DNA of 51,344 nucleotides. Origin: Acidimicrobiia bacterium (GTDB taxonomy: Bacteria > Actinomycetota > Acidimicrobiia > Spongiisociales > ZC4RG35). Where the stretch lies: positions 8,042 to 59,385 of the forward strand of contig JBBDQP010000007.1 in assembly GCA_040905965.1 (NCBI GenBank), written 5' to 3'. The notes beneath the pieces are model-generated. The model saw only the letters and a list, made by a program, of their open reading frames with translations, made no database searches and was not told where the DNA came from. The number at the start of each line of letters is the position of its first letter. Position 1 is the stretch's first letter. Positions 46,985-51,344 of the stretch are shown here, piece by piece. The translations under genes and the position numbers were made by a program.

Positions 46985-47686
46985 ATGCTCGATCTCCCTG
47001 ACCTCGCTGCCGATCAACACCTGGCATGGCTGGCTCGTAGCTTCGGGCGTCCCGACTACCTCCCCCTGACCGCATCCGATCTCGAAGTGCTCGCAGGGTC
47101 GGCTGAACTGGTGAAGAGGTTCCGCGGATCACACCTGTTCCGCCAGGGCGAACCCGCAGTGGCGGCGTATCTGGTCAGGGAAGGCCAGGTCGACATCTAC
47201 CGCGACCACTCGGGCTCGCAGACCGTCGTCGCCCGGGTCGGACCGGGGTCGGTGATCGGCGACATCGCCATGTTCGGCGAAGGCGTGTACAAGTCGTCGG
47301 TGCGAGCGGTCGATCACGTCAGGGCCTTCCGATTCGACCGTGAGAAGTTGCTTCCCGAACTGGCCAGACATCCGTCCATCTGCCTGCGCTGGCTGGTCTC
47401 TGGCCTGAACCAGTTGGAGCGGACCCAGCGCCGGATCATCAGCCTCATGCACAAGACGGTGCTGGCACAGGTGGCGGATCTGCTGGCAGAGGAGGCCGCA
47501 ACCCTCCGGAAGGTTCCCCTCTCCCAAGCTTCGATCGCCACGCTGCTGGGCGTGAGTCGTCAGTCCGTGAACGAGGCTCTCGGAGAATTGCGGGAGCAGA
47601 AGATCGTCGAAACCGGATATCGGATGATCGAGGTGCTCGACTTGGAGCGTCTGCAAGCCGTGGCGTCAGACCAGCCTTTGGACTGA
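46985..47686 (+). CDS. Crp/Fnr-family transcriptional regulator
   Basis: LFRQGEP, VGPGSVIGDIA cNMP-like domain; HTH LSQASIATLLGVSRQSVNEAL. Confidence 0.92.
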   Translation: MLDLPDLAADQHLAWLARSFGRPDYLPLTASDLEVLAGSAELVKRFRGSHLFRQGEPAVAAYLVREGQVDIYRDHSGSQTVVARVGPGSVIGDIAMFGEGVYKSSVRAVDHVRAFRFDREKLLPELARHPSICLRWLVSGLNQLERTQRRIISLMHKTVLAQVADLLAEEAATLRKVPLSQASIATLLGVSRQSVNEALGELREQKIVETGYRMIEVLDLERLQAVASDQPLD

Positions 47687-47694
47687 CCCGGGTC

Positions 47695-48477
47695 TCAGCC
47701 TTCGAAGATTGCTACTTCGACGGCTCCCGTGTTTCCGCCCGTGGACGACTCCACTTCGAAGGTGACGATCTGGCCGGTGAATGAGACTTCGACCGGATCG
47801 GCGCCGGCCGGGAAAGGACCGAAGGTCGCCCCGTCGACGACGACGTTGAACGTCTCTGTGATCGACGAGCCGTCACCCATGGATCGGGTGCGGAAGAGGA
47901 CTGCGGTGGCGTCGACGACCCGTCCCAAGTCGATGGTCACGAACGCGTCGTCACCGTCACCCTGCGACGACCACTCTGTGCCCAGGTCCCCGTCGACGGC
48001 GTTGGCGGCGGTGAAGTCGTGAGAGAACTCTGAGGAGACATTGATCACAGCCGCACCGATGGCGACGTTCTCACCGAAGCGCGTCAGCGCCTCGTCGGCC
48101 GCGGGAGTCGTGAAGGTCAACACTTCGCTTCGGTAAAGGTTTCCGTCTGCGGCCACGCCCTGCAGCCGATATTGATAGGTGGTCTCTGGTTCGAGGCCGG
48201 TCATGACGGCGGCGTGGTCGCTGTGTCCTCCGACCCCCATGTCCTGGTCCGTGGCGATAGAGCCCGATGGGCCGTCGATTCCGTAGGCGACGGCGCAGAC
48301 GGCATCGAGATTGGTGGTCACGTTCAGCGTGGCGACCGTTCCCGACGGATCGAAGACGATCTGCGGGTCGGCGACGGCGATCTCCGAGAACGGAAGAACC
48401 TCTGTGTCCGCACTGCTCCCGCACGCCGCGACCACGAGCGCCGTTGCGACTGCGAGCAGCATTGTGGTGCGTGACAT
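47695..48477 (-). CDS. Lipoprotein with Fn3-like and discoidin (F5/8) domains
   Basis: VVAAC lipobox; GLEPETTYQYR; NAVDGDLGTEWSS..VTIDLG. Confidence 0.8.
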   Translation of the reverse strand: MSRTTMLLAVATALVVAACGSSADTEVLPFSEIAVADPQIVFDPSGTVATLNVTTNLDAVCAVAYGIDGPSGSIATDQDMGVGGHSDHAAVMTGLEPETTYQYRLQGVAADGNLYRSEVLTFTTPAADEALTRFGENVAIGAAVINVSSEFSHDFTAANAVDGDLGTEWSSQGDGDDAFVTIDLGRVVDATAVLFRTRSMGDGSSITETFNVVVDGATFGPFPAGADPVEVSFTGQIVTFEVESSTGGNTGAVEVAIFEG

Positions 48478-49049
48478 CAGCGTGGCACCAGGGTCCGCTT
48501 GAACTCGTTCATCTCGTGCCAGTCCAGCATTTCCAGCGCCCTATCGAGGTCGTCGACCGCTCCACGGTTCATGAACCGGATGAACGTCGCCACGTCGTTG
48601 CGGATGAAGGTGGGGACGCCGAACACGCTCCATCGTTCCACCGCCTCGGTGTGCTCTCTGGCAAGCGTCGAAGTGTCGGCGTCGGTGTGGACGATCTCTG
48701 CGAGCTTTCCGACATCGACGCCGACCGAAGCCAGCGCCTGGCGGATCACGTCCTCGTCTCCCAGGTCCAACCCGTGATCATGTCGAGCCGCAAAGAGAGC
48801 GACGTGCGCATGTGCGAAGTGTTGGGGCTGATGATCGCGGACCGCGACGCCCCAGTGGAGAGCGCGCACCCCGGGTGCGGTGACATCCGAGAACACCGTG
48901 GCATCGCCTTCCTCCACGTGTGCCTGTGACAGCGAGAAGGGGCGGAAGCCGACGTTCCAATCCCGCCCGGCGCAGAGACCGGCGAGAACCGCCTCGTTGG
49001 CGTTGCGGGCGAATGGGCAGAGATAGTCGAATGTGATCTCGAATTGCAT
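48477..49049 (-). CDS. DsbA/Rv2466c-like thioredoxin-fold protein
   Basis: FDYLCPFA, VFGVPTF. Confidence 0.82.
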   Translation of the reverse strand: MQFEITFDYLCPFARNANEAVLAGLCAGRDWNVGFRPFSLSQAHVEEGDATVFSDVTAPGVRALHWGVAVRDHQPQHFAHAHVALFAARHDHGLDLGDEDVIRQALASVGVDVGKLAEIVHTDADTSTLAREHTEAVERWSVFGVPTFIRNDVATFIRFMNRGAVDDLDRALEMLDWHEMNEFKRTLVPR

Positions 49050-49198
49050 GGGGGGAGAACTCCGGTTTTCAGGTGTTGTCGTGCTTGTGACCTACCCATA
49101 AACCTGTCCGGATCATCCCGAATTAGCGAAAACGTCCTTGGTCCGACACTCTTTCTGTCGGCGTGCCGGGGTGATGGCCGCAGCGCGCAGAACCCCGT

Positions 49199-49630
49199 TT
49201 ATCTAGGCGGGAAGGTCAGAGCGTTGGCCCGATTCAGGAGTTCGCCCAAGGCGCCGAGGTCGAGGTCGTCGACTGCCGTGAAGGCGATGCTGGCTGATCC
49301 GACCTTCGCCTTGCCCAGCCGGTCCTTGTACTGGGCGAGCAGATACTGGCCGTCGTCGACGGCGTTGACGTAGATGCTGAAGTGGTTCTTCTGGCGGGCG
49401 AGTCCAACGGCGAACCATTCGACGTCTTCGCCTCTGGGCCGCGGTTGGACGATGTCGCCGTAGCCGATGATGTGCTGGTCGGACCCGCCCCAGAACACAC
49501 CTTCCCACACGGTGCGTGACCGTCCGGCGAAGCTCGCTGAGATCAGCTGGTCTAGTTCGATCATCTGCTCGCGGATGCCGTCGGGAAACGATGCCAGATG
49601 CTCGTCAGGCGAGGTGCTGACCTTCTTCAT
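49199..49630 (-). CDS. DUF1801 domain-containing protein
   Basis: IIGYG, GLARQKNHFSIY, LGKAKVGSASIAF. Confidence 0.8.
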   Translation of the reverse strand: MKKVSTSPDEHLASFPDGIREQMIELDQLISASFAGRSRTVWEGVFWGGSDQHIIGYGDIVQPRPRGEDVEWFAVGLARQKNHFSIYVNAVDDGQYLLAQYKDRLGKAKVGSASIAFTAVDDLDLGALGELLNRANALTFPPR

Positions 49631-49668
49631 GCCCCAACTATGCCCTGGTCAGGGCTGGCGTGTCCCGG

Positions 49669-50469
49669 TCATGTCCCTGAGATCGTCTTCCCGGCCCGTT
49701 CGATGGCGGTCAGTCCGTCGGCGATCGACCACACGTAGCTGACCCGCTCCGTCCCGAGTCGCTCCAGTCGGTCGCGACCGTCACCCGTCAGCCATTGCTG
49801 GGTCATCGGCGCCTCGACGGTGATCGGGAAGTCGTCTCGGCCTGCGGCCAGGCGGGCGGCCTCGGCGATGGATTCGAGGTCGTCCCACGAGTGGATGTTG
49901 ACGGCGTCCGCCACCCGGCCGGCGACCGCTGCCAGCTTCGGCCCGTTGACACCGACGATGATCGGCGGAACGGGTTCGGGTCGGAGGAAGCCCTCGGCCG
50001 ATGCAAGGGCGTGGTACTCGCCTACGACGTCGGGAGTCCCCGACCACAGGGCCCGTATGACCTTCGCTACTTCCTCTACTCGGTGGCGACGCTCCGCATC
50101 TCCGAGCGTGGGGAGACCGACCATCGCCAGCTCGGATGCGTAACGGCCCCGGCCGGCACCCGCCCCGAGGCCGAGGAGCAGTCGCCCGTGCGAGAGCTGC
50201 TGGAGGGTTGCGGCGGCGACGGCGATGTGGGCCGGATGTCGGATGGTTGCGTTGAGGACCAGCGGTCCGAGCTGGATCCGGTCGGTTGCGGCGGCGATGG
50301 CGGTGAGCGTCACCCACGGGTCGAGAGTGTGGGTGGCTCCCGCCGGCGACCCCGAAACGTGGTCGTAGGTCCAGACGCCGTCGAAGCCCACAGACTCGGC
50401 AAGGTGCGCCGCCTCGACCAGTTGATCCACGGTCGCTCCGAACGGGCTGAGAGAGAGGTCGAACTGCAT
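49669..50469 (-). CDS. LLM-class flavin/F420-dependent oxidoreductase
   Basis: AESVGFDGVWTYDH, LDPWVTL, SHGRLLLGLGAG. Confidence 0.9.
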   Translation of the reverse strand: MQFDLSLSPFGATVDQLVEAAHLAESVGFDGVWTYDHVSGSPAGATHTLDPWVTLTAIAAATDRIQLGPLVLNATIRHPAHIAVAAATLQQLSHGRLLLGLGAGAGRGRYASELAMVGLPTLGDAERRHRVEEVAKVIRALWSGTPDVVGEYHALASAEGFLRPEPVPPIIVGVNGPKLAAVAGRVADAVNIHSWDDLESIAEAARLAAGRDDFPITVEAPMTQQWLTGDGRDRLERLGTERVSYVWSIADGLTAIERAGKTISGT

Positions 50470-50515
50470 GAACTCGTAAACGTAGACCGGCCGTTCCCCT
50501 GCGACCGAGCCGCTC

Positions 50516-51250
50516 CTAGCGGTACTCGGGGTTGGGGAAGTCGTAGCGGGCGCCTGCGTCCCATCCCGCCCGCTGGTTGCCGTGGGCGGGGATGCCGCCG
50601 GCATCGGTCAGCATGCGGGCGAGATGCATCAGGTTCCATGTCATGAAGGTCGTGTTGCGGTTGGTGAAGTCGTTCTCCGGTCCACCCGAACCGTCGTCGA
50701 GGTAGCTGGGGCCGGGCCCTGCCTCGCCGATCCAGCCGGCGTCAGCCTGGGGAGGGATCACGTATCCGAGATGCTGAAGCGAATAGAGCACGTTCATGGC
50801 GATGTGCTTGATCCCGTCCTCGTTCCCTGTGACGAGACAGCCCCCGACCTTCCCGTAGTAGGCGTACTGGCCTGCGTCGTTGAGGATTCCTGACTGTGCG
50901 TACAGACGCTCGATGATCCGGGTCGCCACCGACGACTTCTCGCCCAGCCAGATCGGCGTTCCGATAACGAGGATGTGGGCGGCCTTCACCCTCTCGTACA
51001 GGGACGGCCATTCGTCGGTCTCCGCACCGTGCTCGGTCATGTCGGGGTAGACCCCCGGTGCGATGTCGTGGTCGACGGCGCGAATCAGGTCGACGGTGAC
51101 CCCGTTGCGGCGCATGATCTCCATCGAGATGTCCATCAGTCCCTGGGTATGGGACTGCTCGGGGGACGGCTTCAAGGTGCAGTTGACGAACAACGCCCGC
51201 AGGTCGGAGAAGTCCCATTTGGACTCGGTGTCGTAGGTAGCGTCGGTCAT
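50516..51250 (-). CDS. Flavodoxin-family (NADPH-dependent FMN reductase-like) protein
   Basis: NCTLKPSP..SHT, ILVIGTPIWLG, VTGNEDG. Confidence 0.88.
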   Translation of the reverse strand: MTDATYDTESKWDFSDLRALFVNCTLKPSPEQSHTQGLMDISMEIMRRNGVTVDLIRAVDHDIAPGVYPDMTEHGAETDEWPSLYERVKAAHILVIGTPIWLGEKSSVATRIIERLYAQSGILNDAGQYAYYGKVGGCLVTGNEDGIKHIAMNVLYSLQHLGYVIPPQADAGWIGEAGPGPSYLDDGSGGPENDFTNRNTTFMTWNLMHLARMLTDAGGIPAHGNQRAGWDAGARYDFPNPEYR

Positions 51251-51344
51251 TCATTCCCCTCAGGTGACTGATGGGAAACGTAGCGGACAGGGTCGACTAC
51301 CCGTGGTGTGATCGGCAGCGCGATGAGGGTGAGACCGGCGGCGA

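Overview
High-GC actinobacterial chromosomal segment (Acidimicrobiia-like by gene content: F420 nitroreductase, LLM oxidoreductase, Asp-box lipoproteins; taxonomy is inference). The left ~17 kb is accessory DNA around a tRNA-Lys(UUU). It has a Fic gene on the tRNA 3' side. On the 5' side are two tandem integrase-less modules bounded by a 254-bp direct repeat, whose palindromic core copies the first 8 nt and upstream region of the tRNA. An intact IS110 follows, and its bridge-RNA guides can be matched to its own flanks and ends. The right ~30 kb is a redox/ion-homeostasis region with three DUF3179 proteins, TlpA, CcdA, DsbA-like, CMD/AhpD, disulfide reductases, a MerR module, FNT, TrkH and a CDF transporter. 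It contains two split ORF pairs that are best read as UGA-recoded selenoproteins (AhpD-like CxxU; GrdB/PrdB-like UxxC). It also carries about 13 copies of a TGTCG-N6-CGACA box, 9 of them followed at exactly N28 by a GTT -10 element, suggesting a CooA-type Crp/Fnr activator working with an ECF sigma. All calls are by eye; no database searches were run.
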